64,000 nt of DNA from a virus (Duplodnaviria; Caudoviricetes), in IMG/VR virus record IMGVR_UViG_3300020366_000001, positions 1-64,000 of that record. One strand, given 5' to 3'. How positions within the stretch are numbered: position 1 is the stretch's first letter; every line of letters starts with the position of its first letter. The position numbers and the translations under genes are program-made. The notes beneath the pieces were generated by a model. That model was not told where the DNA came from, did no database searches, and was given only the letters and a program-made list of their open reading frames with translations. Shown in pieces: positions 18,384-29,275 of this stretch.

Positions 18384-18587
18384 TCACTCGCCTTCGCGAG
18401 TCTTAATTGCTTTCTCAACTACCGCAAGGAGTTGATCATCCATATCAGTTTTGGTGAGGGTCACTGCCTTACGAAGAATCACAAGACAAAGATCGACAAG
18501 TTTCTCACCAAGTTCTTCGTTATCTGGAATGGCAGCCACGGCATCTCTAACAATTTTGGATGCCAGTGGAAGTAAAAATGCTAACAT
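18384..18587 (-). CDS. Small hypothetical protein
   Basis: Amphipathic helical ORF after TAAATA. Confidence 0.75.
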   Translation of the reverse strand: MLAFLLPLASKIVRDAVAAIPDNEELGEKLVDLCLVILRKAVTLTKTDMDDQLLAVVEKAIKTREGE

Positions 18588-18611
18588 AGTAATAAAGCTG
18601 CAACAGCTCTA

Positions 18612-19079
18612 CTATTTAGATTTTTTGCCCATTGATTTGGCGATTGCACGTCTGCGCTTCATCAAATAAGAATCAGACGAGTCCTTATCACCATCATTGT
18701 CAACGTCACCATCTTCTTTACCGACTGGATCGAGTTTCTTTTCAGCAATCTCTTCACCGTCGGGTTCAAAACCTGCCTTGACACAGTTGTCAACGGTCTT
18801 ACCACCCTTCTTTTTGGTACCTGCTAACTTGTAACCCTTCCAGCAAGCTTTACCATCAAGACCTTTTGCCTTCTCAATGATCATCATCTCGCCATCGACT
18901 TCTACTTCGATAGACTCACCGATCTCGAATTCTTCTTTACGGGTTTTCTTTTTAGACTTCTTAAGTTCTTTAGCGTCGTCAGTATCAGCAGAGATTTCAG
19001 GCATAATCTCCACTTCGGAGGTACCTTCCGCCTGCCAATTCTCAAGCGCTTCGTCTAGGAATCTCTTGAATGGTTTCAT
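18612..19079 (-). CDS. Putative head internal protein
   Basis: N-terminus MKPFKRFLDE; CWKGYK..NCVK; EF-hand-like DGDVDNDGDKD. Confidence 0.7.
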   Translation of the reverse strand: MKPFKRFLDEALENWQAEGTSEVEIMPEISADTDDAKELKKSKKKTRKEEFEIGESIEVEVDGEMMIIEKAKGLDGKACWKGYKLAGTKKKGGKTVDNCVKAGFEPDGEEIAEKKLDPVGKEDGDVDNDGDKDSSDSYLMKRRRAIAKSMGKKSK

Positions 19080-19100
19080 CTTACTAAATTGGTTACTTAA

Positions 19101-19108
19101 TATTTATA
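19101..19108 (-). promoter_or_regulatory. T4-type late promoter
   Basis: TATAAATA. Confidence 0.8.
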
Positions 19109-19337
19109 AAATGGAATGTTCTTCTAGGTCTTTGACCCAGGATCTGAAGATTTTTTGGTTCTCATCGAGAGCAATAACGTAATTGGGACCTCGGCGTATA
19201 ACTTTACCCGTTTTACCATTAGACATATGTCGCACCCAATCTCCCTCAGAGAATATAATATCTTTTCGGTAGTCTTCGTGGACATCTTGATCAAATTTTT
19301 CGCGAATGTTTTGGCGAAATTGTTTGAAAGATTTCAT
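19104..19337 (-). CDS. Small SH3/KOW-like protein
   Basis: MKSFKQF..IRE; GDWV....GKVIRRGPNYV. Confidence 0.75.
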   Translation of the reverse strand: MKSFKQFRQNIREKFDQDVHEDYRKDIIFSEGDWVRHMSNGKTGKVIRRGPNYVIALDENQKIFRSWVKDLEEHSIL

Positions 19338-19897
19338 CAGCAGTTCCAAGCACGTAAAGACTTATTGATTCTGCTATCTGGATCGCTAGCAGTTTTCTTT
19401 GAAGTCTGTTTCTTTTTCATCCCCTTCATTCTAGCGCAGAACGACGCTCTACGGGGATTTCCAACCTTTTTGCTTGGTGCTTTAAGGTCGCTTCCAGGAT
19501 TTTCTCTTTCGTAACTTTTTCTTCCTTTTTCATTTAAGCCTCCGCTTTTGTTTTTACCAGACTTTTTTGTCCAAGCGGCTCCCTCATCGACCAATCCTAA
19601 TTCTTTTCTTTTCTCATACAAATCAGGATGTGGTGCGTAGAGTGGACCCTGATAATCTTTTTTAGTAATTGTTTCTTCTTCAATAATATCTGCATCTTCT
19701 GCTGCTTTCCTCTTCTCAGCATCAGTTGCATCCATCACCGAGTACTTGTCCCATCCAGCAGGACCATAACCACATACAGAACGCTTCTCTTTCTTACCGC
19801 ACAAACGACAATACCGTTCTTCATTCTTGTTCTTTCCAGAACAATCTTCTGCCTGAATTGCAGCAGTGAATTCTCGGATGTCGTTAAGATATTTCAT
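19337..19897 (-). CDS. Basic Cys-containing protein (DUF6321-like C-terminus)
   Basis: AAWTKKSGK..GGLN.KGR..RRASFCARM..RINKSLRAWNC. Confidence 0.75.
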   Translation of the reverse strand: MKYLNDIREFTAAIQAEDCSGKNKNEERYCRLCGKKEKRSVCGYGPAGWDKYSVMDATDAEKRKAAEDADIIEEETITKKDYQGPLYAPHPDLYEKRKELGLVDEGAAWTKKSGKNKSGGLNEKGRKSYERENPGSDLKAPSKKVGNPRRASFCARMKGMKKKQTSKKTASDPDSRINKSLRAWNC

Positions 19898-20463
19898 TTG
19901 AAATTTTTCGGAAGCGCTGATTTAATCTCATTCATCAGTTTCTTGCACTCCCCGTCACTGAGTGCACGAGGTATACCTTGGCGGAATGTATCAAAGTCGT
20001 CTGCAAATGCAGCACGCCTCATCTTAGTTCCAGAGATAGCAAATGTATCACCATCTGCATCACGATTGCCAGAAGAAACTATATCGAGAGATCGAAAATA
20101 ATATTCAGTACCATTATATTTATGCAACCACTGAAATGCAGCTACTCTATCTGATCCGACAACCAACACAGCATCATCATATCCTGCTGCTTGAATGTCT
20201 TTGAGGCATTCGATCACATCTTTCCTAGCACCAATGATGTTCTTAGCATACTGCCTGAACATCTTCTTCATATACGAAACTTTATTTTCTGGCTTGAGAG
20301 GGTTTTTACCCTTGCTATCGTGAGAACGAGAGGTATAGATGCGCCAATCACAATTACGAGCAGCATTTTTAACTCCTTCTATGTTTTCTTGGTGTCCAAT
20401 GGTTGGTGGTTGGAATCGTCCGAATGTAAAATAACAACATTTGTAGATATGTTCTATCGCCAT
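19894..20463 (-). CDS. Cytidylyltransferase-like HIGH-motif nucleotidyltransferase
   Basis: FGRFQPPTIGH, KNPL, VVGSDR, ISGTKMR. Confidence 0.9.
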   Translation of the reverse strand: MAIEHIYKCCYFTFGRFQPPTIGHQENIEGVKNAARNCDWRIYTSRSHDSKGKNPLKPENKVSYMKKMFRQYAKNIIGARKDVIECLKDIQAAGYDDAVLVVGSDRVAAFQWLHKYNGTEYYFRSLDIVSSGNRDADGDTFAISGTKMRRAAFADDFDTFRQGIPRALSDGECKKLMNEIKSALPKNFK

Positions 20464-21659
20464 TGCTTCTGAATCGTGAAGTTGTTGTAAGCAAACTCAA
20501 TACGATTAACCAACTTAATCATATCACCATCCTGGTGCAGAACGTATCCCTCTGGAGTTGTGACCTTATAACCCTTGTCGGTTTGAACAAACGTCCTGAA
20601 CTGTTCAAGGTGATCTAGTTTATCTATAATAAACTTCTTCGCAATTTGCATCTCTTTATAAAGAGCGAGCATCGCTTTGAACATACGCTCATTCTCGTTT
20701 AGATATGCTTCACTCTCATACACCAGTTTACGCTTAGCAGTCAGGTTCTTCTCTGTCTTAATCTTACCAAGTTCCTTCTTCATCTTCTCGTGGTAGAAAA
20801 TGATTAGGTTGTCAAGAGATCGACGAACATTTGTGATCGTTCTACCTTCACGAATCTCGTTATTAAAATACTGTTTCAAATATGAAGCAACGTGAAACTT
20901 TTTATCTCCAGTTGTTCCTGTGTTTTCCACAAGATTGTCCAAGAATTCCCCACAAATTCCACACATTCTCTCAATTTTTTGAATTGAGTCGTTGAATTTA
21001 CGTACATCTTGGTCACTCAGAGTAACTTCATTGACAGGTGTGTCGTTAGAAATAACCGCACACTCAGCAACATTGTTGAACTGATTGATAGGAGCACCTG
21101 CCAGTGCTTGCATAGACTGGAAGTCATCACCTCTATAGTGAGTATGAAATACTACACCAATCTTTGCTTGTCCTACCTTCTTACCGATAGGATGGTCAAC
21201 AGGAATACCATATGTGATTGTGTTAGGACGGAAGGTATATAATTTTTCGCCTTGAATATTTTCTACAGATCGTGAACTATCGGTGAACAAGAGATCGCCT
21301 TGCACGATGCCACGGATATTCAGTTTCTTAAAATACTTAAGAGAGAATTTAAGTTTCTCTGCCAAGTCACCTTCATACCACTGGTCAACATCTTCATCAG
21401 TGATGCAGAGTTTGGGTGACTTGGCAAAGACTGACTTGGTACCCACAAAGAACTGACCACTGTTAGGATCAGTCCCACAAATAACTGAGGGTGCACCATC
21501 CCACTTGGTCTGCATAAAACCTTTGGAGTCTGCCTGGTGCCCTAGCATACGTGCCAGTTCCTCCAGGAAGGACACAGCAGCGTGGCATCCCACGACTCCA
21601 TAGTTCAGCATCTCATCTTCCAAGTGCTCAAGGTGTTTGAGCTGAGTTACATTAGCCAT
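20454..21659 (-). CDS. Conserved phage protein (DUF6267-like) with RNA-ligase-type motifs
   Basis: HLEHLED, TKWDG, FVGTKS, QGDLLF, PEGYV, IKLV; start reassigned to MANVT. Confidence 0.75.
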   Translation of the reverse strand: MANVTQLKHLEHLEDEMLNYGVVGCHAAVSFLEELARMLGHQADSKGFMQTKWDGAPSVICGTDPNSGQFFVGTKSVFAKSPKLCITDEDVDQWYEGDLAEKLKFSLKYFKKLNIRGIVQGDLLFTDSSRSVENIQGEKLYTFRPNTITYGIPVDHPIGKKVGQAKIGVVFHTHYRGDDFQSMQALAGAPINQFNNVAECAVISNDTPVNEVTLSDQDVRKFNDSIQKIERMCGICGEFLDNLVENTGTTGDKKFHVASYLKQYFNNEIREGRTITNVRRSLDNLIIFYHEKMKKELGKIKTEKNLTAKRKLVYESEAYLNENERMFKAMLALYKEMQIAKKFIIDKLDHLEQFRTFVQTDKGYKVTTPEGYVLHQDGDMIKLVNRIEFAYNNFTIQKQWR

Positions 21660-22824
21660 CTTGGTAGTCCTTGCGTCCTGAATCGTCAGTTGCAAACGAG
21701 AAATCAAGTTCATCAGCGAACTTATAGCCCGATTGTAGTTTGTCAGGATAGACTTTGCCGCCTGAGGTGTCACGGATGTTAAAACGGAACTCGATCATTG
21801 GTGTCTTGACTATCATATTAACACGCTTACCCTCGCCCGTCTGCCCACCGTAGTACACATCCACACCTGTCACACCGTTCGCCACAGCGTCCACAAATGC
21901 TTTGGTCATCTTGAAATTTTTAATATATCCACCCTTCTGCTTGTGGCAGTAATGATATCCATAACCAATAGATCCTTTGATCATTGATTTGAGTAGCACC
22001 TGATCATAGGAAGCATTCTTTTCTACGGTACCACTAGTTACTTCTCCACGTTTTGCTTCCTGAAATATCTTACAGAACAACTCATTATTAATTCCGAAAG
22101 TTTTTAAGATAGCAACACCAGTAGGATCAGTAATCAAACCATCCTCAATTTGTCGTGCTGACAATGATCTAGCAACACCTAGGTTTGACATAGTGGTAGT
22201 ACCACTAGTTTTCAAAGACAAATATATGGTCTCATCTGTGCCATTCTTTGCACGTATAGTAATATCAGTAACTGTCTTCCCAATATCATAATTGGCAGAT
22301 GTTGCTTCACCAATCATCCAACTATTGCCTACGATTGACATAGGTCTTTTCTTGTTCAGTTCACCCTCAGGTGTTACCTCCACAAGATGACAAGATTCTA
22401 AATCATAGATCTTGATAATATCTTTAGCAAAACTCTGGAATGGTCCAGGTGGTATTACTCCCTCTTCTTTCCACGTATACAAATACTCAGAGAGCTCTTG
22501 TTCAAACAAGTTACCCCTGTTGCCAGCACCTCTCTGTCCTCTAGATCCATCTCCAAATGAAAGAGTGAGTCCAGAATCAGAAAGGTTAAATTCTTTTTTA
22601 ATATCCGCGAGACTGTAATCTTCTTTCAGTGCACGGGCAATTTTAACTTGGTTTGGTTTTGTCTCATCGAACGCTAGTGGACCTGGCAATTTAGTTTCAT
22701 ACTTCTCGTGCAACCCTGTCCACAATCGTAAGATAGCAGATGCTTTCTTAGTATTACTCGGTTGCAACTTTCGTACTAACTTTCCAGCATCCTTGGCGTT
22801 CTCTGGAATCTTATTATACGCCAT
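21652..22824 (-). CDS. Putative PD-(D/E)XK-like nuclease
   Basis: GNLFEQEL helix, VTDITI, IYLSLK pattern. Confidence 0.55.
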   Translation of the reverse strand: MAYNKIPENAKDAGKLVRKLQPSNTKKASAILRLWTGLHEKYETKLPGPLAFDETKPNQVKIARALKEDYSLADIKKEFNLSDSGLTLSFGDGSRGQRGAGNRGNLFEQELSEYLYTWKEEGVIPPGPFQSFAKDIIKIYDLESCHLVEVTPEGELNKKRPMSIVGNSWMIGEATSANYDIGKTVTDITIRAKNGTDETIYLSLKTSGTTTMSNLGVARSLSARQIEDGLITDPTGVAILKTFGINNELFCKIFQEAKRGEVTSGTVEKNASYDQVLLKSMIKGSIGYGYHYCHKQKGGYIKNFKMTKAFVDAVANGVTGVDVYYGGQTGEGKRVNMIVKTPMIEFRFNIRDTSGGKVYPDKLQSGYKFADELDFSFATDDSGRKDYQDG

Positions 22825-22859
22825 AAAAAAGACCTCCCAGTCTTATTTAGAGGGAGGTC
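22825..22859 (-). terminator. Terminator hairpin with a late promoter (TAAATA) in its loop
   Basis: GACCTCCC/GGGAGGTC stem, T6 tract, loop contains CTAAATAA. Confidence 0.75.
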
Positions 22860-23532
22860 AGAACATAAATTTTTGTTCCTTTAACCACTTAGCGGTAAGT
22901 GGTGTGGGTTTGTATACTTCCCACATAGGAGTGTCACTTGCACACGCTTGCAATCCTTCACGAGTATAGGTGTCAGAGAATGCTGCATACATTGCTTCTG
23001 CCTCATAAGGAACTGCGCTTGGTGGATAAGTCTTCTCAGCACCACGTTGAATCCAATCAGGAACAAACCCATCTTGCCACACAACAGCAGTAAATGTATT
23101 GTCCAGAGTGCCTGCCATACAATCTTGTACTGCGTGCCAACCCTCGTGACGGACAACTTTGACCATCATCGTAGGATTATCAAGGTACCTTTCGTTCAGA
23201 AAAAAGTTATTCCCTTGGACTGAATACAGACCACGGGTCATCATATAAAAATACTTGTCTGGAGCAAGAAATACTCGGATACCTGATGCGTTTGCATACT
23301 GAAGAATATCATTCAGTTCGTCTTTAAACTGAAGATACCCAGGACCAAAATCTCCCCAGTCCTTTACCTCACGTACACCATCAACGCATTCACGAAGCAT
23401 CATACATCCCATTGCAGCGTGACTGCGAGGTCTGAGTGGTCCTTCTGAAGATTGGATGGGATCAGCTGCAACAGGAACAGTTGCTCCGTGCAGCATACCC
23501 AGGAGAAAACCAGACGCGATTGCTAATTTCAT
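22858..23532 (-). CDS. Secreted zinc metallopeptidase-like protein
   Basis: Signal peptide; RHEGWHAVQDC (HExxH) and downstream EAEA. Confidence 0.7.
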   Translation of the reverse strand: MKLAIASGFLLGMLHGATVPVAADPIQSSEGPLRPRSHAAMGCMMLRECVDGVREVKDWGDFGPGYLQFKDELNDILQYANASGIRVFLAPDKYFYMMTRGLYSVQGNNFFLNERYLDNPTMMVKVVRHEGWHAVQDCMAGTLDNTFTAVVWQDGFVPDWIQRGAEKTYPPSAVPYEAEAMYAAFSDTYTREGLQACASDTPMWEVYKPTPLTAKWLKEQKFMF

Positions 23533-23753
23533 TCTTCATCTTCCTTTTCTTCTTTTTTCTTATTGAAACCAAATGGTCCTGAAAGTTTATCTTCGAGTTT
23601 TTGCTTGAGAGCGATGCCACCAACAGTCTCCATAATTTTGAGAATGTCTTCTGGTTTGGCATCTTCCCCAAGTTCTTTAGCAATGTACCAATACTTTGGC
23701 CAGAACTCTTCGCCTGCTTTTTGGTAATCTTCTACGGTAAGTGTTTTCATCAA
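23529..23753 (-). CDS. Hypothetical cyanophage protein
   Basis: Coupled ORF. Confidence 0.75.
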   Translation of the reverse strand: MMKTLTVEDYQKAGEEFWPKYWYIAKELGEDAKPEDILKIMETVGGIALKQKLEDKLSGPFGFNKKKEEKEDEE

Positions 23754-24154
23754 ATGTCTCCTTCCTTACGATTTTCAGAGAAGTACACGTCAAACGTTCC
23801 ATCAGGATAACGTGCTGCCAGTTTAATCATATTCTGCTTAAGAATATGTTCAATATCAACATCGAGAGCAAGACAAGCTTGAGTGATATACCACATCACA
23901 TCACCAAGTTCTTTAACCATATGAATACGAGACTCAGGATTAAGTTGCTTACCTTGGAATGCAATCTTCTTAACGATCTCAGTAAACTCACCACCTTCAG
24001 CAGAGATACCTACAGCAGCAGTAAGAAGACGAGAAATGGGAACGTTAGATTCGTCAAGTTGCTCAATAGTCCGAATGAATTCAGCATTGGACTTACTAGG
24101 CATACTGGTTACTTGATCTACGAACTCAGTATACTTGTTCAAATCAATGGTCAT
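23750..24154 (-). CDS. mazG: MazG-like nucleotide pyrophosphohydrolase
   Basis: AEGGEFTEIVKK, KELGDVMWY, N..KL..RY. Confidence 0.93.
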   Translation of the reverse strand: MTIDLNKYTEFVDQVTSMPSKSNAEFIRTIEQLDESNVPISRLLTAAVGISAEGGEFTEIVKKIAFQGKQLNPESRIHMVKELGDVMWYITQACLALDVDIEHILKQNMIKLAARYPDGTFDVYFSENRKEGDI

Positions 24155-25536
24155 ACTACAAAGTCAGAAAATTTTGATTGGGATCCCTTAGAAAAATCGG
24201 GACTAAAGTTTTGGTCTACCATTTGAGCAGCAGACTCGGCGTCCGTAGACTGCTCTACATCATACAGCTTCATCTTCGCTCTGTCAATACCCACCAGGAA
24301 TCTTCGGTGCATTGTAAGATCGTTATACCTGTTCTTGAGTTGCTTAACCATAATCTGATTCTGTGCCTCAAGTTCTTCAGTGCTAATAAGAGCAAACATA
24401 AGATCTGCAGTAGCGGGTAGACCAAAAGACTCAGAAGTGTCGGTAAGATCAACGTCGCTATTGCCAAAACCAGACCTAGTAGTCTGAGTAGCAGAAACAA
24501 TTGGGACATCGCATTCAACAGCGAGACCGCGAAGTTCTTCAGCAATCGCTTTAACGTACGTGTAACTATTGACAATCGCACCTTTATACCTCGCTGATGC
24601 ACAGATGTTTAGATAATCTACGAAGATAATGTCTGGTTTGAACGACTTCTTAAGTGCCAGTTCAGACAGTAATGAACGGAGATGTCCTACGTGTGCAGAA
24701 GCAGTAGGATATTCTTTAATGATCAATGTACCTTGAGTCTTTCTAGCAATATCTGCCACCTTAGACTCAAAGATCATCCTAGGTAGTTCAGGGATGTCTT
24801 TAATATTTACACCAATAAGGTTAGCATCGATGCGCTCAGCAATCTTTTCTTCTGACATTTCCATCGTAATGTACAGAACGTTCTTGCCTTGCGAGAGATT
24901 AGCAGCAGCACAGTGACACATAAACAAAGACTTACCAACACCAGTGCCAGCAAGGGCAATGTTGAGAGTCTTGTTAGGAATACCACCCTTAGTGATCTTG
25001 TTAAAATACTCTAGATCGAAGGGAGTTCTTTCCTCATCTGTGGTGTAGAAATCAAATCTTTCTTGATAGTCATTCAGGTAATCGTGACCAATGTGATCAT
25101 CAAAGGACACAGACAACGCTTCCTTAAGGATATCAGGAATCGCTTCTCTAGACTTCTGCTGGTCCTTACCATCCGCCAACCTGACAGACTCCATCAGTGC
25201 CAAGTAAATAGCACGATCTTTACACCACTTCTCTGTGGCATCAACCAACCATTCCTTCGTCGGATCTTCTTCTACATCCGAGAAAGACTTAATGATACGT
25301 CTGACTTCACTATACGTCTGATCAGAAACATCGTCCCGTTTCTCGACTTCAATAAGAACAACCTCTGTGGTCGGGAGACGGTCATACTTATCAGCGAATT
25401 GTCGAATCTCTTCGTATACGACCTTTTCCTCAGGTTCGGCATAATAATCTCCTTTTATAAATGGCAAAACCTTGCGGAAGTACTCTTCATTTCTGAAAAG
25501 GTTCCGCAAGATTGTGCGTTCAATACGTTCATTCAT
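24151..25536 (-). CDS. g41: Replicative helicase gp41
   Basis: [28 protein letters not shown]. Confidence 0.97.
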   Translation of the reverse strand: MNERIERTILRNLFRNEEYFRKVLPFIKGDYYAEPEEKVVYEEIRQFADKYDRLPTTEVVLIEVEKRDDVSDQTYSEVRRIIKSFSDVEEDPTKEWLVDATEKWCKDRAIYLALMESVRLADGKDQQKSREAIPDILKEALSVSFDDHIGHDYLNDYQERFDFYTTDEERTPFDLEYFNKITKGGIPNKTLNIALAGTGVGKSLFMCHCAAANLSQGKNVLYITMEMSEEKIAERIDANLIGVNIKDIPELPRMIFESKVADIARKTQGTLIIKEYPTASAHVGHLRSLLSELALKKSFKPDIIFVDYLNICASARYKGAIVNSYTYVKAIAEELRGLAVECDVPIVSATQTTRSGFGNSDVDLTDTSESFGLPATADLMFALISTEELEAQNQIMVKQLKNRYNDLTMHRRFLVGIDRAKMKLYDVEQSTDAESAAQMVDQNFSPDFSKGSQSKFSDFVV

Positions 25537-26545
25537 TACCGTACTTGTATTCTTTTTGTGCTGCTTCGTCTAGTGCTTGCATCACTTCGGGGGTGAAGTA
25601 CTTGTCTGGATTCGCGAGAATCTGTTTAGGATAAACGCTAGAGCCGCCAACCTTATAACGATTACCGACCCGCTCGAAGACTCCGTACTGTTCACCCAGT
25701 TCCAGTAGTCCATAATACTTGTCAAGTCCACGTTCGTCATAGAACAAACGAATTTTTACTTTACTGTTTTCTTTGGTAAACCGACTTTTACGATTCGTGG
25801 CAGTAATGATATTGCCAACAACTTCGGTACCGTCTTTCTCCTTCGCCTTCGATAGGAAAATAATGTTAGAAGCAGCGTACTTGAGACCTGTTCCACCGCT
25901 CATCTCCTTCATTGGGACATAGGCACCCACAACCTCATAGGTGTGGTTAGTAACCAGCAGTGGTATATTCGCTCGACCGAGATTAAGTGTCAGCACCCTG
26001 AAAATAGATTTAATGACCTGCGCACGGGTCATATCACGGGTGTCTTTTCCTGCTGCGGAGTCTTCCATCTCCTTAGAGGTGGATAGGTTACCAAGACTAT
26101 CTAGGACCATTAGCAGAGGGGGACGTTCATCCTCCTTAAGTTTTTCGTATTCGCTAACAATCTTCATTGCTTGAGTACGAAACTCTTGTACAGTGACGAC
26201 TGGCACCATACCAACACGTGAGACATCAATCCCACGCTCAGACATCATATCCTTAGATAGGGCGGATTCAGACTCAAAATAGATGACGTTCCCAGTAGGA
26301 TTAGAATCAAGGAAATGACGAACGACACTGAGAGCAAAAAAAGTCTTTCCAGTGCTTGATTCTCCTGCAAGGGCAGTAACCTTATTGGAAGGAATACCTC
26401 CATAAATCGAACCACTAACAAGGGCATTAAAAATATAAGACCCAGTATCAACGAAGCTAACAGTGTCACCTGCAGCAACGCCATCATCAACAATTGAGGC
26501 GTACTCATTGCCGATCTCTTTAATTACAGTATTTAAAAATGACAT
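25529..26545 (-). CDS. uvsX: RecA-like recombinase UvsX
   Basis: [27 protein letters not shown]. Confidence 0.96.
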   Translation of the reverse strand: MSFLNTVIKEIGNEYASIVDDGVAAGDTVSFVDTGSYIFNALVSGSIYGGIPSNKVTALAGESSTGKTFFALSVVRHFLDSNPTGNVIYFESESALSKDMMSERGIDVSRVGMVPVVTVQEFRTQAMKIVSEYEKLKEDERPPLLMVLDSLGNLSTSKEMEDSAAGKDTRDMTRAQVIKSIFRVLTLNLGRANIPLLVTNHTYEVVGAYVPMKEMSGGTGLKYAASNIIFLSKAKEKDGTEVVGNIITATNRKSRFTKENSKVKIRLFYDERGLDKYYGLLELGEQYGVFERVGNRYKVGGSSVYPKQILANPDKYFTPEVMQALDEAAQKEYKYGNE

Positions 26546-29034
26546 CAGAAGAATTCTAAAAGGTTACCAGAGCGTTCCGCCTTCCAACCAATACATTCTA
26601 GCACAGAACGCAACGGTTCGTAGAATGCTTTTTCAAATTGCTTATCGTGATCGATGTACTTCTCAAGATTGAACTCGTGTGGAAGGTCTTGGAAGAATGA
26701 GATGACGTTCTCCTGAATTGGATTTGGTGTCTTCAGGTAACAGAACTTGATCTTCTCACCCTCTTGAATGCGAGCGTGCTTGTTCTCGATCTGATGTTTC
26801 TTGAGGTAGTGGTTGTATAGTAGGGCACCACGTACGTGAATAGGGCACCCTTTATGATAGATCTCACCGTAAGGGTGAGCATATTTGATTACTCCATTAC
26901 ATCCACGAGGGAATGCAATGTCTTGGATGTGTGCTTTTCTAGTTTCTGTCTTACATCCGTCAATGAACTCGATCACTGTATCATTGTCGGAAGACATAAT
27001 CAGTCTGAATGCTTTCTTCAGACGATCTCGGAAGAATTGTGGGACCGAGGAGCGAGCGGTTTCTAGTCCCATAATTTTCATCTTAGGTTCCTTGTATGCA
27101 ACCCCTTCACTGTTCCAAACGTTGAGAATGTATCGCTTCTTCGCAGTCCAGATACCACGGTCTGCGATGTTCTCACGTTTCATTTGCATTTTCTGCTCAT
27201 ATGCCGAAACATAATCCGCAAGTTTCTGGTAACTAGTATCGATGAATGGTTCCAGTTTCTCTTTGCAGATCTTGTCAAGTATCCGAACAATTGCTGTTTT
27301 ATCGCTAGACTTATTAGCAAAAAATTTATCAACAAGAGGTCCAAGGTTAAGATAGATGCTGTCAGTGTCTGATGCGATGACATAATCTTTGCCCTTAGTA
27401 GACAACAGTGTATTTAGATACACATTTATTTCGTTTTCAATCCATCTAATCGAGACTTGACCGCTAAGAGTAATCGCCTCAGCATTTGCCAGTTTGTAAT
27501 ATCTGAAGTACTCGTTTCCGATGGCACCATAGGCACTGTTGAGTTGGATCTTTCGGGCCATTTGGAAGTTGTTGAATCTGCTAATATCTTTTTGTACATC
27601 CAAGGTCGGGGACTCTTCATACGTTTGCTTAGCAGCAAGCATCTTTCTCTTATACTCTTTACGCTCGTCATAGATTTTCTCCATTAGTTCGGGTAGGAAT
27701 CCGCGCACGTCTTTCCTATACTGTGCTCCATTAGCACAGACAGCATACTCACCATCGACTTCTAGCGTCTCCTTAAGTATTCGATCAACTGAAGCCGTCG
27801 GGTGTCGTTCCTCCAGGAGTGTTTCTGGGGAAATATTGTACTGCATAATAAGGTGAGGGTAGAGACTGTTAAGATCAAAATTAACCACCCAGTCATAGAT
27901 TCCAGGAATCGGTTCTTTGACATATGCACCAGCGTACTTGTCGGACTTTTGGTTTTTATGCTTAGGAGGGATGACGACATCCTTCTTCCTAAGATAGTTA
28001 TAAATGATGGAATCCCACATACGAACTTGTGAGAAAACATCTTCTAGATTAACCTTGGCATCATAGGCAAGAGTGAATGCCAAGTCCATAAGCTTCATCT
28101 TATCTTCAAGTTTGTCAACCAATCGCACGTCGTGGATGTTGTAATCAACAAACTTCTGCCAGTCTTGAGTATAAAATTCTTTGAAGGTATCGAATTCGGA
28201 GTGATCTAGTTTCTTCTCGTTTAACTCAACGAATGCGATATGATCTAGGCGATAGGACTCCTGGTTTGTATAAGTGAATTTCTTATACAAATCCAGGTAG
28301 TCCAGCACCGTGATTCCCGAAACATCATAAGAGATGTTCTTCCGACCTTTGATATAAATTTCACGGGAACTGAGAAGTTTCCAAGGCGAAAAGAGTTTCG
28401 TAGTCTTGTCACCAAGAATACGAGCAAGACGATTACAGATGTATGGAACGTCGAACAGTTGGACATTCCATCCAGTGATCACATCAGGATAATTCTCGAT
28501 CCACCAAGCGAGGTACTTCTTGAGTAGTTCCTGCTCATTAGCACAGAGTGTGTACGATACATCGGCAGTGGGATTGTGATAGGGGCGAGACCCCCACACG
28601 TGATATATCCCAGTAAAACTGTCCTTTACCGAGATAAGTAAGATCTCCTGGTCAGCAGATTCAATGTCGGGAAAACCATTCTCTGCTGCGGTTTCAATAT
28701 CGATCGTAAACACACGGATCTTACTAGGATCATAACGAACTTCGCCAGGGAAGTTGTCACTAATCCATTGGTAGAGATACGCCTGATTGCCAGAGATCTC
28801 AAAACCCTCAACGTCATCATACTGTTGGCAGAATTGCTTACAGTCTTTGATGCCGCCAGGGCGAATGGGACGAACACTCTCACCGTACAAGGTCTTGTAC
28901 TTGGACTGTCCAGTATTGTCTTTCACATAAAGGGTAGGGTAGAACTCCTCGCGAACGCGGACTTCTTTGGTACCATCATACCCTCTTACAAGAATCCGAT
29001 CACCAACTTGGTCAACGTTCTTGTAAAACTTCAT
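26545..29034 (-). CDS. g43: DNA polymerase B gp43
   Basis: DIET exonuclease, [25 protein letters not shown]. Confidence 0.98.
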   Translation of the reverse strand: MKFYKNVDQVGDRILVRGYDGTKEVRVREEFYPTLYVKDNTGQSKYKTLYGESVRPIRPGGIKDCKQFCQQYDDVEGFEISGNQAYLYQWISDNFPGEVRYDPSKIRVFTIDIETAAENGFPDIESADQEILLISVKDSFTGIYHVWGSRPYHNPTADVSYTLCANEQELLKKYLAWWIENYPDVITGWNVQLFDVPYICNRLARILGDKTTKLFSPWKLLSSREIYIKGRKNISYDVSGITVLDYLDLYKKFTYTNQESYRLDHIAFVELNEKKLDHSEFDTFKEFYTQDWQKFVDYNIHDVRLVDKLEDKMKLMDLAFTLAYDAKVNLEDVFSQVRMWDSIIYNYLRKKDVVIPPKHKNQKSDKYAGAYVKEPIPGIYDWVVNFDLNSLYPHLIMQYNISPETLLEERHPTASVDRILKETLEVDGEYAVCANGAQYRKDVRGFLPELMEKIYDERKEYKRKMLAAKQTYEESPTLDVQKDISRFNNFQMARKIQLNSAYGAIGNEYFRYYKLANAEAITLSGQVSIRWIENEINVYLNTLLSTKGKDYVIASDTDSIYLNLGPLVDKFFANKSSDKTAIVRILDKICKEKLEPFIDTSYQKLADYVSAYEQKMQMKRENIADRGIWTAKKRYILNVWNSEGVAYKEPKMKIMGLETARSSVPQFFRDRLKKAFRLIMSSDNDTVIEFIDGCKTETRKAHIQDIAFPRGCNGVIKYAHPYGEIYHKGCPIHVRGALLYNHYLKKHQIENKHARIQEGEKIKFCYLKTPNPIQENVISFFQDLPHEFNLEKYIDHDKQFEKAFYEPLRSVLECIGWKAERSGNLLEFF

Positions 29035-29275
29035 TGTAACGGGTTACTAGTGCAGGGTGAGGTTCGACGATAGTGAGAATCTGATCGCTGTGGATCATCA
29101 TCTCATCTTGTATTGTAACGTCTTTCAACCAGCGTGTCAAGTTCCCTTCTTCATCCAAAAGATAGGGTTTGACTAGGCGAACGTCAGGTTCGCCAGGGAG
29201 ATCTGCCTCAGTCGCTTCCAGCTGCGTCAGGATCACTAGGTCCTTCTTCAGGATTAGAATTTGCAAGTTCGTCAT
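29012..29275 (-). CDS. Hypothetical Sm-like beta protein
   Basis: ORF coupled to g43; resembles its upstream neighbour. Confidence 0.7.
   Translation of the reverse strand: MTNLQILILKKDLVILTQLEATEADLPGEPDVRLVKPYLLDEEGNLTRWLKDVTIQDEMMIHSDQILTIVEPHPALVTRYNEVLQER

Noticed and set aside
11199-29034. Introns or inteins in nrdA, nrdB, g41 or g43
   Set aside because: ORFs are continuous and of normal length, with no splicing motifs seen
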